DNA from: Nitrosomonas europaea
GTDB taxonomy: Bacteria > Pseudomonadota > Gammaproteobacteria > Burkholderiales > Nitrosomonadaceae
Assembly (NCBI RefSeq): GCF_900167395.1
Contig: NZ_FUWK01000002.1
Location: 30,001 to 62,000 of the forward strand
Length of the DNA: 32,000 bases
Reading direction: 5' to 3'
Shown in pieces: positions 19,413 through 28,678 of this stretch. Within the stretch, counting starts at the first letter, position 1. Each line of letters begins with the position of its first letter. The translations under genes were made by a program, and so were the position numbers. The notes under the pieces were generated by a model. That model did not search any database. It was given only the letters and a program-made list of their open reading frames with translations, and had not been told where the DNA came from.

Positions 19413-19697
19413 ATGCTTCAATTTTTGCCCGCCATTGCCCCAGCTACTATCTTCTTAGTTAAAGCTGTATTTAAAAAGCAGATTGAAGACGGTATTGTTG
19501 ACGGTATTATTACAGCTAAATATGAAGTAGAAAAAAATATATGGAGAGCACTTTTCTCCACATTTTTCAACATTTCCATTAATGTCACATTACTAACTTC
19601 TTCTGTATATCTTTTACCATTTATTACAAGTAAAGAAATAGTCATTTACATAATTTGTATGTGTATATCTTGGCTCTATATTTTATTCTTTATATAG
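19413..19697 (+). CDS. hypothetical small membrane protein (possibly the 5' half of a frameshifted gene)
   Basis: 94-aa ORF in very AT-rich DNA with about three hydrophobic helices (LPAIAPATIFLVKAVF; FFNISINVTLLTSSVYLLPFI; IVIYIICMCISWLYILFFI). I recognise no family. Confidence 0.4.
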   Translation: MLQFLPAIAPATIFLVKAVFKKQIEDGIVDGIITAKYEVEKNIWRALFSTFFNISINVTLLTSSVYLLPFITSKEIVIYIICMCISWLYILFFI

Positions 19698-19854
19698 CGC
19701 AATTAAGAATACGCCTTTAGTATTAAAATTTGTTTTTGATCATAAATTAAATCTAAAGGAATATATTCGTAGTGAAATTTATATAGAAGCGCATAGAAAA
19801 GCACACTATCAAATTAGCGAAAAAAATATTATTATTAGAATATTAAATAATTTT

Positions 19855-20115
19855 TTGGGGGAGTCTGCATCATCTATAGCATCTACAATTTCCCGCAAAA
19901 CAACTAATATAGTTATAAAAAAAGTGATGTCTATTGCATTTATATTAATTGTTCTTTTACTGGTATATTCATTAATATTTAGAATGATGATAGCCCCCTT
20001 AATTATTGAGAATGCCACACAGTTTAATGTGTTTCAGGCCGCTATTTACCCGTTACTCTATGCGATTGATTATTTTTTCAACACAAATTCGGTCTCATGG
20101 CTTATGTACGTATAG
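19855..20115 (+). CDS. hypothetical small membrane protein (possibly the 3' half of the same frameshifted gene)
   Basis: The ORF track start is a TTG. The same frame is open back to 19654 with no ATG, GTG or TTG, and it overlaps the end of the upstream ORF. Two hydrophobic helices (VMSIAFILIVLLLVYSLIF; FNVFQAAIYPLLYAIDYFF). Confidence 0.4.
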   Translation: MGESASSIASTISRKTTNIVIKKVMSIAFILIVLLLVYSLIFRMMIAPLIIENATQFNVFQAAIYPLLYAIDYFFNTNSVSWLMYV

Positions 20116-20335
20116 CAAGGTGTTATAACCAGCGTACTTCGCAAGAAAGTCGCAATAACACTGCATCTAAATACTGTGACACCCGCCATTTTTCTATTGT
20201 AGGTAGCCACCCCTCAAATCAGATATATCCAAAAATTAACTACTTTATGTATTAACCCAACCGGAACCAGACGCGTATCAAAACTCAACTATTCAGTAAT
20301 AATCTAAAGGAAGCAGATGCAGGTTTTTCAGTGAT

Positions 20336-21181
20336 CTATAACCCCAGGCGTTGCCAGATTTTTGTGGGTAGTACGGCGGAGTTGAGTGTGTAGAAATGCA
20401 GGCCGGGTGCGCCGGCTTCCAGCAGACGAGCACATAACGCTGTGACGACATCCAGCCCGAATGCCTGGATAGACGGAATATCATCACCGAAGCTTTCCAG
20501 TTTTCTGCGAATCCAGCGTGGAATTTCTGCTCCACAGCCATCCGAAAATCTTGCCAGTTGAGAAAATTTGCTGATCGGCATGATGCCGGGAACGATCGGG
20601 ATATTCAGATCCGCAGCTTCACACATCTCTACGAAATGCAGATAGGCATCCACGTTATAGAAAAACTGGGTAATCGCTGCATTGGAACCTGCTTCGACTT
20701 TTCGTCTGAAATTGGTGAAATCCTCCAGAGCGGAGCGGGCTTGTGGATGATATTCCGGATAAGCCGCCACTTCGATCCAGAAGGTATCACCGAACTCCTT
20801 GCGGATAAATGCTACCAGCTCGTTGGCGTAGCGGAATTCTCCCGCCTGCGCCATGCCGGAGGGTAAATCACCACGTAGCGCCACAATGCGGCTGATACCG
20901 TGACTGTGATATTTCTCAAGGATCGAACGGATATTGTCACGCGTGGAGCCGATACAGGAAAGATGGGGCGCTACCGGATAGCCTTCTGCCTGAATTTCCA
21001 GCACGGTTTCGAGCGTGCGTTCACGAGTGGATCCGCCGGCACCAAACGTCACCGAAAAAAACTTCGGATTGAACTGAGCAAGCTGTATGCGCGTTGCCCG
21101 CAGCTTTTCCATGCCTTCCGGTGTCTGCGGCGGGAAAAATTCAAAACTGAATGTGGGGGTAAATTTTTTCTGGGATTGCAT
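20336..21181 (-). CDS. metF: 5,10-methylenetetrahydrofolate reductase
   Basis: 281 aa starting MQSQKKFTPTFSFEFFPPQTPEGMEKL... with the canonical MetF N-terminus (SFEFFPP) and full length. It lies downstream of ahcY. Confidence 0.95.
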   Translation of the reverse strand: MQSQKKFTPTFSFEFFPPQTPEGMEKLRATRIQLAQFNPKFFSVTFGAGGSTRERTLETVLEIQAEGYPVAPHLSCIGSTRDNIRSILEKYHSHGISRIVALRGDLPSGMAQAGEFRYANELVAFIRKEFGDTFWIEVAAYPEYHPQARSALEDFTNFRRKVEAGSNAAITQFFYNVDAYLHFVEMCEAADLNIPIVPGIMPISKFSQLARFSDGCGAEIPRWIRRKLESFGDDIPSIQAFGLDVVTALCARLLEAGAPGLHFYTLNSAVLPTKIWQRLGL

Positions 21182-21241
21182 CGGGATTCACTTCCATGAG
21201 TTGCGACCCTGTAAGAAGGGCAACGGTGAAAATCAATGAAG

Positions 21242-21278
21242 CAAAGCCGGGAAACTCTATCGCTGTTTCCCGGCTTTG
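21242..21278 (-). terminator. 14-bp perfect stem-loop between ahcY and metF (terminator, attenuator or RNA-stability hairpin)
   Basis: CAAAGCCGGGAAAC (21242-21255) pairs perfectly with GTTTCCCGGCTTTG (21265-21278) around a 9-nt loop. On the transcribed strand it is followed by GCTTCATTGATTTT. Confidence 0.5.
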
Positions 21279-21351
21279 ACAGGTTGAGCATAGCAACTCC
21301 GGAAAAAGCCCCGGGAGTCATCAAACCCCGGCGCAGTTTTTCAGAGTGCTT

Positions 21352-22788
21352 TTAGTACCGGTACATTTCCGGTTTATAGGGCCCGTTCTTGTCGAGGTTA
21401 AGGTAATGCGCCTGTTCATCGGTCAGTTCAGTCAGCTTCACACCCAGTTTACCCAGATGCAGCCGTGCAACCATTTCATCGAGGCGTTTAGGCAGTACAT
21501 ATACCTTCTTCTGGTAGTCTTTACCATTTTGCCAGAGCTCTATCTGCGCCAGCACCTGATTGGTAAACGAACTGGACATGACAAAAGATGGATGGCCGGT
21601 AGCACACCCCAGGTTGACCAGACGCCCCTGTGCCAGCACGATAATACGGCGGCCAGTCGGGAAGATCACATGATCGACTTGTGGTTTGATGTTTTCCCAC
21701 TGGTATTTCTGAACCGAAGCGATGTCGATCTCGGAATCGAAGTGGCCGATATTGCATATGATCGACTGATCTTTCATTTTCAGCATGTGATCGTGGGTAA
21801 TCACACGAAGATTGCCGGTAGCGGTGACGAAAATATCTGCTTTATCGCAGGCATCGTCCATGGTCACCACACGGTATCCCTCCATCGCTGCCTGCAATGC
21901 ACAGATCGGATCGATCTCGGTGATCCAGACCGTTGCTCCCAGGCCACGCAATGATTGTGCACATCCTTTGCCGACATCGCCATAACCGCACACCACGGCG
22001 ATTTTTCCGGCAATCATCACATCGGTTGCACGCTTGATGCCATCCACCAGTGATTCGCGGCATCCATAGAGATTGTCGAATTTGGATTTGGTGACTGAAT
22101 CATTGACATTGATTGCCGGAAACGGGAGTTCGCCTTTCTTTTCCATTTCGTACAGGCGATGGACACCAGTCGTCGTTTCTTCAGTCACACCGCGAATTGC
22201 GGCAAGATTACGCGAATACCAGCCCGGATGACTGGCAAGACGGCTGCGGATGGAAGCAAACAGGACTTGTTCTTCTTCATTGGTCGGATTGGCGATCACG
22301 GAAGGATCGCGCTCAGCCTTGCTGCCGAGAATGAGCAGCAGGGTCGCATCTCCGCCATCATCCAGAATCATATTGGCAGTATGCGAACCATCACTGGCCC
22401 ATTCAAATATCTGGTGAGCGTAATCCCAGTATTCTTCCAGCGATTCTCCCTTGTAAGCGAATACCGGAATGTTACGGGCAGCAATCGCTGCGGCAGCATG
22501 ATCCTGAGTAGAGAAAATGTTGCAGGAAGCCCAGCGGACTTCCGCGCCCAACGCTACCAGTGTCTCGATCAGTACGGCTGTCTGGATGGTCATGTGCAGG
22601 GAGCCTGCAATCCGCGCACCTGCCAGCGGTTTCTTGTCGGCATATTGCTCACGCAATGCCATCAGACCGGGCATTTCTGTCTCGGCAATGGCGATTTCCT
22701 TTCTGCCCCAGTCTGCCAGTGACAAATCGGCCACCTTGCAGTCGGTAAAAACAGAATTATCCACAACGGGGTTGATTGTTGCACTCAT
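21352..22788 (-). CDS. ahcY: adenosylhomocysteinase (S-adenosyl-L-homocysteine hydrolase)
   Basis: ORF 21352..22803, trimmed to the ATG at 22788 ([49 protein letters not shown]...). A GGAG motif sits 9 nt upstream. NAD-binding sequence [17 protein letters not shown]. The C-terminus is ...YKPEMYRY. Confidence 0.95.
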   Translation of the reverse strand: MSATINPVVDNSVFTDCKVADLSLADWGRKEIAIAETEMPGLMALREQYADKKPLAGARIAGSLHMTIQTAVLIETLVALGAEVRWASCNIFSTQDHAAAAIAARNIPVFAYKGESLEEYWDYAHQIFEWASDGSHTANMILDDGGDATLLLILGSKAERDPSVIANPTNEEEQVLFASIRSRLASHPGWYSRNLAAIRGVTEETTTGVHRLYEMEKKGELPFPAINVNDSVTKSKFDNLYGCRESLVDGIKRATDVMIAGKIAVVCGYGDVGKGCAQSLRGLGATVWITEIDPICALQAAMEGYRVVTMDDACDKADIFVTATGNLRVITHDHMLKMKDQSIICNIGHFDSEIDIASVQKYQWENIKPQVDHVIFPTGRRIIVLAQGRLVNLGCATGHPSFVMSSSFTNQVLAQIELWQNGKDYQKKVYVLPKRLDEMVARLHLGKLGVKLTELTDEQAHYLNLDKNGPYKPEMYRY

Positions 22789-22810
22789 AACACATCTCCG
22801 CAAAAGTGAA

Positions 22811-22877
22811 AGAGCGCCGTTGTTGGGTTGTCCATTGGTACGAGCCTCACGGAATTGACCGCTGCAGCGCTCCTCGG
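22811..22877 (-). promoter_or_regulatory. SAH riboswitch (S-adenosylhomocysteine-sensing leader of ahcY-metF)
   Basis: The minus-strand RNA reads CCGAGGAGCGCUGCAGCGGUCAAUUCCGUGAGGCUCGUACCAAUGGACAACCCAACAACGGCGCUCU. It contains the conserved blocks I recall for the SAH element (GAGGAGCGCUGC ... AGGCUCG ... CAACGGCGCUC). GAGCGC/GCGCUC can form P1, and CGAG/CUCG can form the pseudoknot. The position immediately 5' of ahcY is the canonical context in beta-proteobacteria. Confidence 0.8.
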
Positions 22878-22919
22878 TACCAGTGGAACTTCATTCAGCC
22901 TGAATGACCGTGAAAATGG

Positions 22920-24083
22920 TCAGATACCTGCATCTGCTTTGAGCTGCTCTGCCATGTCAGTTTTTTCCCAGGTAAAGCTGGGTTCTTCCCGGCCAAAATG
23001 ACCATAAGCAGCTGTTTTGCCATAAATCGGACGCAGCAGATCCAGTTCGTGAATGATGGCCCGAGGCCGTAAATCAAAATGTCTGGCAATCAGTTCAGCA
23101 AGTTTCCCGTCCGGGATTTTCCCGGTACCGAAGGTTTGCACCATCAGCGAGACCGGCTTTGCCACTCCGATCGCATAGGCCACCTGGACTTCGCATTTAC
23201 GCGCCAGGCCGGCCGCAACAATATTTTTGGCCACATAGCGTGCAGCATAAGCGGCTGAACGATCCACTTTGGAAGGATCCTTACCGGAAAAAGCGCCCCC
23301 TCCATGATGTGCCGTCCCACCGTAGGTATCCACGATGATCTTGCGCCCGGTCAACCCGCAATCCCCCATCGGCCCGCCCACCACGAAACGGCCAGTGGGG
23401 TTGATCAGATATTGAATATGATTGCTCAGCATCTCGGCCGGTAAAACCGGCTTGATGACTTCTTCGATAACGCCTTCAACCAGTTCATCACGAGGAACAT
23501 CGGGAGAATGCTGGGTTGAGATGACGATCGTTTCGATGTTTTTCGGGAATCCATCTTCATAACGAACGGAAACCTGGGATTTGGCATCCGGACGCAGCCA
23601 TGACAATCTGCCGCTTTTCCTCAGTTTTGCCTGTTGCTCGACCAGACGATGCGCATAGTAAATCGGCAACGGCATCAGTTGCGGTGTTTCATCGCAGGCA
23701 TAACCGAACATCAGTCCCTGGTCTCCAGCCCCCTGATCCATTTCCTCGTCTTTACTGCGATTTACCCCCTGAGCAATATCGGGAGATTGTTTGTTGAAAG
23801 CAGTCAATACAGCGCAAGTGCTTGCATCAAAGCCGATCTCGGAACTGGTATAACCGATTTCGCGCACGATACCCCGGGGAATGGCGTTGTAATCGATCGT
23901 GGCATCAGTCGTGATTTCACCGGACAAGACGATCAACCCCGTGCTGCACATAGTCTCGCAGGCTACACGTGCATGAGGGTCCTGTTGCAGGATGGCATCG
24001 AGAATGGCATCCGATATCTGATCGGCAACCTTGTCGGGATGGCCTTCAGATACTGATTCAGAAGTAAAAAGATAGTTACTCAT
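22920..24083 (-). CDS. metK: S-adenosylmethionine synthetase
   Basis: 387 aa starting [32 protein letters not shown]..., with [10 protein letters not shown] and [19 protein letters not shown]. Unmistakably MetK. Confidence 0.97.
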   Translation of the reverse strand: MSNYLFTSESVSEGHPDKVADQISDAILDAILQQDPHARVACETMCSTGLIVLSGEITTDATIDYNAIPRGIVREIGYTSSEIGFDASTCAVLTAFNKQSPDIAQGVNRSKDEEMDQGAGDQGLMFGYACDETPQLMPLPIYYAHRLVEQQAKLRKSGRLSWLRPDAKSQVSVRYEDGFPKNIETIVISTQHSPDVPRDELVEGVIEEVIKPVLPAEMLSNHIQYLINPTGRFVVGGPMGDCGLTGRKIIVDTYGGTAHHGGGAFSGKDPSKVDRSAAYAARYVAKNIVAAGLARKCEVQVAYAIGVAKPVSLMVQTFGTGKIPDGKLAELIARHFDLRPRAIIHELDLLRPIYGKTAAYGHFGREEPSFTWEKTDMAEQLKADAGI

Positions 24084-24380
24084 ATTAGTTTTATTGATTG
24101 GATTTGGGTTATGAATGAGATAATACTTACTCGTGCAAGAGTAAAGCCAGTTTCGAATTCGAGGCCGAAGATAATAGCGGGTTATAACGACATGTTGCAG
24201 GAATTGCCTTAATGTGCTGTTGCATGAGCATTCGGATTATTCCAGAAATTCATATAAAAATCATTGCTCCTTTTACTGGATATACTCCGGTTCAGGAAAT
24301 GCAGATGCAATAATCCGTTATTTTTTCGATTTGATTCTTTGAAAAAAGGACATGATTCCGATTATTGACGGAGGTTTCCA

Positions 24381-25079
24381 ATGAATACTGTTTTGATTAC
24401 GGGTGCCAATCGAGGGATAGGTCTGGAGTTTGCCAGACAATATGCTGCCGATGGCTGGCAAGTGGTGGCCTGCTGCCGGCAACCGCAGCAGGCTGAAGCG
24501 CTGAACCGGTTGGCTGATCAGTATAAAGATCGATTTTCCATTCACCGGCTCGATGTCAGAGAACTCGCAGAAATCGATCAGTTGTCACACAAGCTGCAAG
24601 ATCTGTCCATTGATATTCTGATCAACAATGCCGGTGTTTACCCGCATGCACAAAACGGGGAATTCGGTCGTATCAGCTATGATGACTGGATGGAAGCTTT
24701 CAGGGTAAATACATTCGCTCCCCTCAAAATGGTCGAAGCACTGATTGAACAGATTGCCTGCAGCCAATTGAAAATCGTTGCCACCATCACCAGCAAGATG
24801 GGCAGTATCGCCGATAACCAGCGCGGTGGCAGTTATATTTACAGATCCAGCAAAGCTGCCGTTAACACGGTAGTCAAAAGCCTTGCCATCGATCTGCAGC
24901 CACGCGGCATTATCGCGGTGCTGCTGCATCCGGGTTGGGTGCAAACCGATATGGGTGGACGGGGTGCACTGATCTCGACAAAACAGAGTGTTACCGGGAT
25001 GAAAAGTATTCTGGATAGAGTGACTCACTCCGATACGGGTAAATTCATTGCCTATGATGGGCAACATATACCCTGGTAA
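24381..25079 (+). CDS. short-chain dehydrogenase/reductase (SDR) family oxidoreductase
   Basis: TGANRGIGLEF cofactor motif, NNAG, and a catalytic YRSSK (YxxxK). 232 aa. A GGAGG motif lies upstream of the ATG. Confidence 0.85.
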   Translation: MNTVLITGANRGIGLEFARQYAADGWQVVACCRQPQQAEALNRLADQYKDRFSIHRLDVRELAEIDQLSHKLQDLSIDILINNAGVYPHAQNGEFGRISYDDWMEAFRVNTFAPLKMVEALIEQIACSQLKIVATITSKMGSIADNQRGGSYIYRSSKAAVNTVVKSLAIDLQPRGIIAVLLHPGWVQTDMGGRGALISTKQSVTGMKSILDRVTHSDTGKFIAYDGQHIPW

Positions 25080-25122
25080 TTTCTGCCAGCCAATCGAGCG
25101 AAATTTTTTTATCAAACCCTGG

Positions 25123-25599
25123 ATGCACTCATCTCACGTGGTAAAGCTGGATAGTGAAGCAGCGACCCTGGCACTTGGAGAACAGCTTGCAACCCTGTTT
25201 CATCCGGGCCTGACCGTATTCCTGTATGGCGACCTGGGGGCGGGCAAAACCACGCTTGCACGCGGCATCCTGAAAGGGCTGGGTCATCACGGTAAAGTCA
25301 GAAGCCCCACCTATAACCTGGTTGAAATCTATAAACTTTCTAGGTTATACTTGTATCACTTTGATTTTTATAGATTCAATGACTCATTAGAGTGGGAAGA
25401 AGCAGGTTTTCGGGAGTATTTCAATCAGGATTCGATCTGCCTGGTGGAATGGCCTGAAAAAGCAGGGGAATTTCTGCACGCGGCTGATCTGGAAATACGG
25501 ATCAGCTATTCTGGAACAAGAAGAATCGCTGAATTTAGCGCGGCAACAGAGGCGGGAGAACAATGCTTATCACACTGGCAAAAACGGGTATCCGATTGA
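25123..25599 (+). CDS. tsaE: tRNA threonylcarbamoyladenosine (t6A) biosynthesis ATPase TsaE
   Basis: ORF 25048..25599, trimmed to the ATG at 25123. Walker A sequence YGDLGAGKTTLARGI followed by SPTYNLVEIY and HFDFYR, the TsaE/YjeE signature. It is followed by an amidase gene, as in the conserved yjeE-amiB arrangement. Confidence 0.85.
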   Translation: MHSSHVVKLDSEAATLALGEQLATLFHPGLTVFLYGDLGAGKTTLARGILKGLGHHGKVRSPTYNLVEIYKLSRLYLYHFDFYRFNDSLEWEEAGFREYFNQDSICLVEWPEKAGEFLHAADLEIRISYSGTRRIAEFSAATEAGEQCLSHWQKRVSD

Positions 25600-26906
25600 A
25601 TCGATTCAGCACCAGATTACTCACCTGCTTTTCACTTCTTGTTGCAACTCTCTTCCTGCCGCCGCTTTCATACGGCAACGGAGCGGTTGCCGGAACGCAA
25701 ATCACTGCTGCCCGCTATTGGGCCGACTCTGCGTATACCCGCCTGGCGATGGACGTGAGCAAGCCGGTCAAATACAAGATCAGCACACTCGATGCCCCCA
25801 AAAGAATTGTCATGGACATCGAAAATGTTTCATTCCCCGGTGCACTGGGTGATTTACCGGCCAAACTCAAATCACACGATCCGCTGATCAAAACACTGAA
25901 AGTCAGCCGATTCACCCCACAAACCACCAGACTGGTCGTCGAACTGAAAACCGATGCGGTACCCAAAGCTTTTGCACTGGCTCCTGCCGAGCAATACGGA
26001 CACCGTCTGGTACTGGATATTCACGCCAAGCCGGCTGATAAAGCCCGGAAAACTGAATATACCGATCCGCTGATGGCGCTATTACAGAAAGATACCCAGC
26101 CGGCAGTCACTCCTCCCACCCGGCCCGTTGCTCAGAAAGCGACTCCGAACCTCGTCATGGCTGCGATCAACCGCCAGCCTGCAGGCAAACGAACCTTTGT
26201 CGTTGCAATCGATGCCGGACATGGTGGCAAGGATCCGGGAGCGGTCGGCCCGCAAGGTACCATGGAGAAAAATATAACCCTGTCGATCGCCAAAAAGCTC
26301 AAGGCCAGAATCGACCGGGAACCCGGTATGCGTGCCGTACTGGTTCGTGACGGAGATCATTTCATTTCACTGGCAGGACGCCGCATCAAGGCAAGACAGG
26401 CCAATGCGGATCTGTTCGTATCCATCCACGCCGATGCTGCACCACGCAGGGAAGCGCATGGTGCTTCCGTTTATGCCTTATCGGAAAACGGCGCAACCTC
26501 TACTACGGCAAGCTGGCTGGCAAAAAAAGAGAATGAAGTCGATCTGCTCGGTGGAGTCAAGCTGGATGACAAGGATCGTTATCTGAAGCAAACACTCATC
26601 GATCTGTCCATGAATGCTACGATTGACGACAGCGTCCGGCTGGCAAGCCATGTGCTGAATGAAATCGGATCGGTCAACCATCTGCACAAAAGAAATGTCG
26701 AGCAGGCAGGGTTTGCGGTACTCAAATCACCTGATATTCCGTCCATTCTGGTTGAAACTGCTTTCATCAGCAATCACACCGAAGAAGCGAGACTCAATTC
26801 CGAGGCTTATCAGAACAAGCTGGTCGATGCAATATCTGCCGGGCTCAAGCGTTATTACGGTGGCAAAGGCTGGAAAACACGCGTAGATGTGGCAGATACC
26901 CGGTGA
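25563..26906 (+). CDS. N-acetylmuramoyl-L-alanine amidase (AMIN domain + Amidase_3), AmiB/AmiC-like
   Basis: Signal peptide, then an AMIN domain (ITAARYWADSAYTRLAMDVSKPVKYKISTLDAPKRIVMDIENV...RLVVEL). The Amidase_3 core follows (VVAIDAGHGGKDPGAVG...DLFVSIHADA...VLVETAFISN). The ATG at 25563 overlaps tsaE by 37 nt. An in-frame TTG at 25596 that overlaps the tsaE stop (TTGA) is an alternative start. Confidence 0.9.
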   Translation: MLITLAKTGIRLNRFSTRLLTCFSLLVATLFLPPLSYGNGAVAGTQITAARYWADSAYTRLAMDVSKPVKYKISTLDAPKRIVMDIENVSFPGALGDLPAKLKSHDPLIKTLKVSRFTPQTTRLVVELKTDAVPKAFALAPAEQYGHRLVLDIHAKPADKARKTEYTDPLMALLQKDTQPAVTPPTRPVAQKATPNLVMAAINRQPAGKRTFVVAIDAGHGGKDPGAVGPQGTMEKNITLSIAKKLKARIDREPGMRAVLVRDGDHFISLAGRRIKARQANADLFVSIHADAAPRREAHGASVYALSENGATSTTASWLAKKENEVDLLGGVKLDDKDRYLKQTLIDLSMNATIDDSVRLASHVLNEIGSVNHLHKRNVEQAGFAVLKSPDIPSILVETAFISNHTEEARLNSEAYQNKLVDAISAGLKRYYGGKGWKTRVDVADTR

Positions 26907-26952
26907 CGAAACAGCCTTGCCGGGCTCCATTATAATTGTGTGAAACGACCTG

Positions 26953-27705
26953 TTACGGGTAGATCAGCTCCAGCTTGTACCCCACAGCATCGAGGCTGCT
27001 CGTATTCAAAAAACACTGGACCTGTATTTCACTATCTCCGCCCAATACTGACTGATCTGTTACAGAATCAAGATAATCTTCGGCAGTAAAAATCCGGCTG
27101 GCAAGCGGCTTTTCATCAGAATCAGTCAGTGTCAGCAGCAATGCCGGCAATGCTTGTGGAAAGGGTGCGTGGTTGCGGATGATTGCAGATAACGCCACGA
27201 CATCAGGCTCTGCGGGAGAGCTTACACGCAAATCTGAAGATTCCAGACTCAACAGATGGAGATGGCGCGGTAAGTCGATCTCACATTGCATCAAATCACA
27301 ATAGCTATCCAGTGCCGGCTGGAATGCAGGAAAAGCAATAAAGATTTCAGTACGATAGGCATGCACAAACTGGCCCAGCAGCAATAACAGCAGTAATGCA
27401 TTGGGTATCAGCCACCAGCGGGAAGTTTTCCGTGTGGACAGTTGAACACCGAAATGATCTGCAGGAAAAGATGATTCTGCAACTGGTACTACAGCAACAT
27501 TACCGGATTCGAGGTAGTCCGGAGCTGATTCAGCAGATCGTGCAGCAGGCTGAATACATGTCTCCGGGACCACGATCAGTGCCACGAACCCGTTGAATAC
27601 CTGCCTGCACTGCCCACAGCGAACATCGCCATTGCACGAATGCAACTGTATTCCTGTGAGGCGGAAAACCGCATGGCAGACCGGACACCGTGTGACCAGC
27701 GTCAT
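26953..27705 (-). CDS. zinc-ribbon (MJ0042-type) plus DUF3426 domain membrane protein
   Basis: ORF 26953..27783, trimmed to the ATG at 27705, which overlaps the prmA stop (ATGA). The N-terminal zinc ribbon is [16 protein letters not shown]...[12 protein letters not shown]. One TM helix ([18 protein letters not shown]), then a C-terminal beta-rich domain. Confidence 0.75.
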   Translation of the reverse strand: MTLVTRCPVCHAVFRLTGIQLHSCNGDVRCGQCRQVFNGFVALIVVPETCIQPAARSAESAPDYLESGNVAVVPVAESSFPADHFGVQLSTRKTSRWWLIPNALLLLLLLGQFVHAYRTEIFIAFPAFQPALDSYCDLMQCEIDLPRHLHLLSLESSDLRVSSPAEPDVVALSAIIRNHAPFPQALPALLLTLTDSDEKPLASRIFTAEDYLDSVTDQSVLGGDSEIQVQCFLNTSSLDAVGYKLELIYP

Positions 27706-28643
27706 GCAAAACCACCACCTGATTTTTGACCTGCAAGCAGCACCCACCCCTGCTCTTTTGCTGCAATATGCATATCGAACCATTCGCTGTAAACCTGCAA
27801 CACCTCATCAGCCTGGGTTTCCAGTATTCCTGAAAGCACGATACGCCCGCCGGGCTGCAAAGCTTTCATCAGAACAGGTGCCAGCATAATCAGAGGGTTG
27901 GCCAGTATATTGGCTACCACTATGGTAACCGGAGCCCATTCAGCACTGGCACGATCATCCTCCACGAGTGGAGGCAATACGGTAGTAAATAACAATCTGT
28001 CCGGGTCACAGAAATTATTCCGGGCATTATCCAGACTGGCAGTGATGGCATTGGGATCAATATCCATCCCCGTGACCCGATCTGCACCGAATTTCAGTGC
28101 AGCTATCGCCAGGATACCCGAGCCACAGCCATAATCGAGCACACTGTCACCGGGTTGAAGGAATTGATCCAGCCAGGTAAGGCATAACCGGGTAGTCGGA
28201 TGGCTGCCCGTACCAAAAGCCAGGCCAGGATCCAACCTTAGACTGATTGCTGCAGGATCTGGCGGTTCATGCCAAGATGGAACCACCCACAGCCGCGAGG
28301 AAATTCTGATCGGTTCGAATTGTGCCTGCGTCAGCCTGACCCAGTCTTGCTCCATAACCTGTGCCAGCTGGTACTCCGGCAATGCAGGCAACCCGATTAC
28401 CTCAGCAACCCCCTGTATGATCTCATCGATATTGGCATTTTCTTCCAGCAGCACCGTTACTTCCGCCTGCTGCCAGAATTGATCCAGAGGTGCGCCGGGC
28501 TCACCGAACAGAGGTTGTTCCTGGCTGGTTCCCTCCCCCGCATCATGCACATCGACCGACAATGCACCTCGTTCCAGCAGCCGGTCACCTACCAGATCGA
28601 CGTAATCGGATCCAATTCTAAAAGTCAGGGATAGCCAGGACAT
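27702..28643 (-). CDS. prmA: ribosomal protein L11 methyltransferase
   Basis: [34 protein letters not shown]..., with the SAM-binding sequence [20 protein letters not shown]. The ORF track start at 28649 is a TTG; the ATG at 28643 is preferred. It lies downstream of accBC, as in many proteobacteria. Confidence 0.9.
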   Translation of the reverse strand: MSWLSLTFRIGSDYVDLVGDRLLERGALSVDVHDAGEGTSQEQPLFGEPGAPLDQFWQQAEVTVLLEENANIDEIIQGVAEVIGLPALPEYQLAQVMEQDWVRLTQAQFEPIRISSRLWVVPSWHEPPDPAAISLRLDPGLAFGTGSHPTTRLCLTWLDQFLQPGDSVLDYGCGSGILAIAALKFGADRVTGMDIDPNAITASLDNARNNFCDPDRLLFTTVLPPLVEDDRASAEWAPVTIVVANILANPLIMLAPVLMKALQPGGRIVLSGILETQADEVLQVYSEWFDMHIAAKEQGWVLLAGQKSGGGFA

Positions 28644-28678
28644 CGCCAAAGCGGGTAACAGAATTTCTCACTATCGCA

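Noticed and set aside
21305-21335. CCGGG...CCCGG hairpin followed by a T-run right after the ahcY stop.
   Set aside because: The stem is only 5 bp with an 11-nt loop, and 3 nt separate the stem from the T-run. The neighbouring 14-bp hairpin is the credible structure.
20293-22858. ORFs antisense to metF and ahcY (20293..20541 -, 20558..20866 +, 21346..21954 +, 22159..22722 +, 22517..22858 +).
   Set aside because: They lie within or opposite unmistakable metF and ahcY coding sequence, with no independent support.
22891-22907. Palindrome TCATTCAGCCTGAATGA just after the metK stop, considered as a rho-independent terminator.
   Set aside because: It has a 7-bp A/U-rich stem with a 3-nt loop and no following U-tract, so it is weak. 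It is mentioned only as context for the riboswitch finding.
24084-24380. Possible SAM-type riboswitch or attenuator in the roughly 300-nt metK upstream region. metK also lacks an obvious Shine-Dalgarno motif.
   Set aside because: I could not find conserved SAM-I, SAM-II or SAM/SAH-like blocks. The one hairpin I first saw (about 24127-24144) turns out to have only a 6-bp A/U-rich stem. An Infernal scan would settle it.
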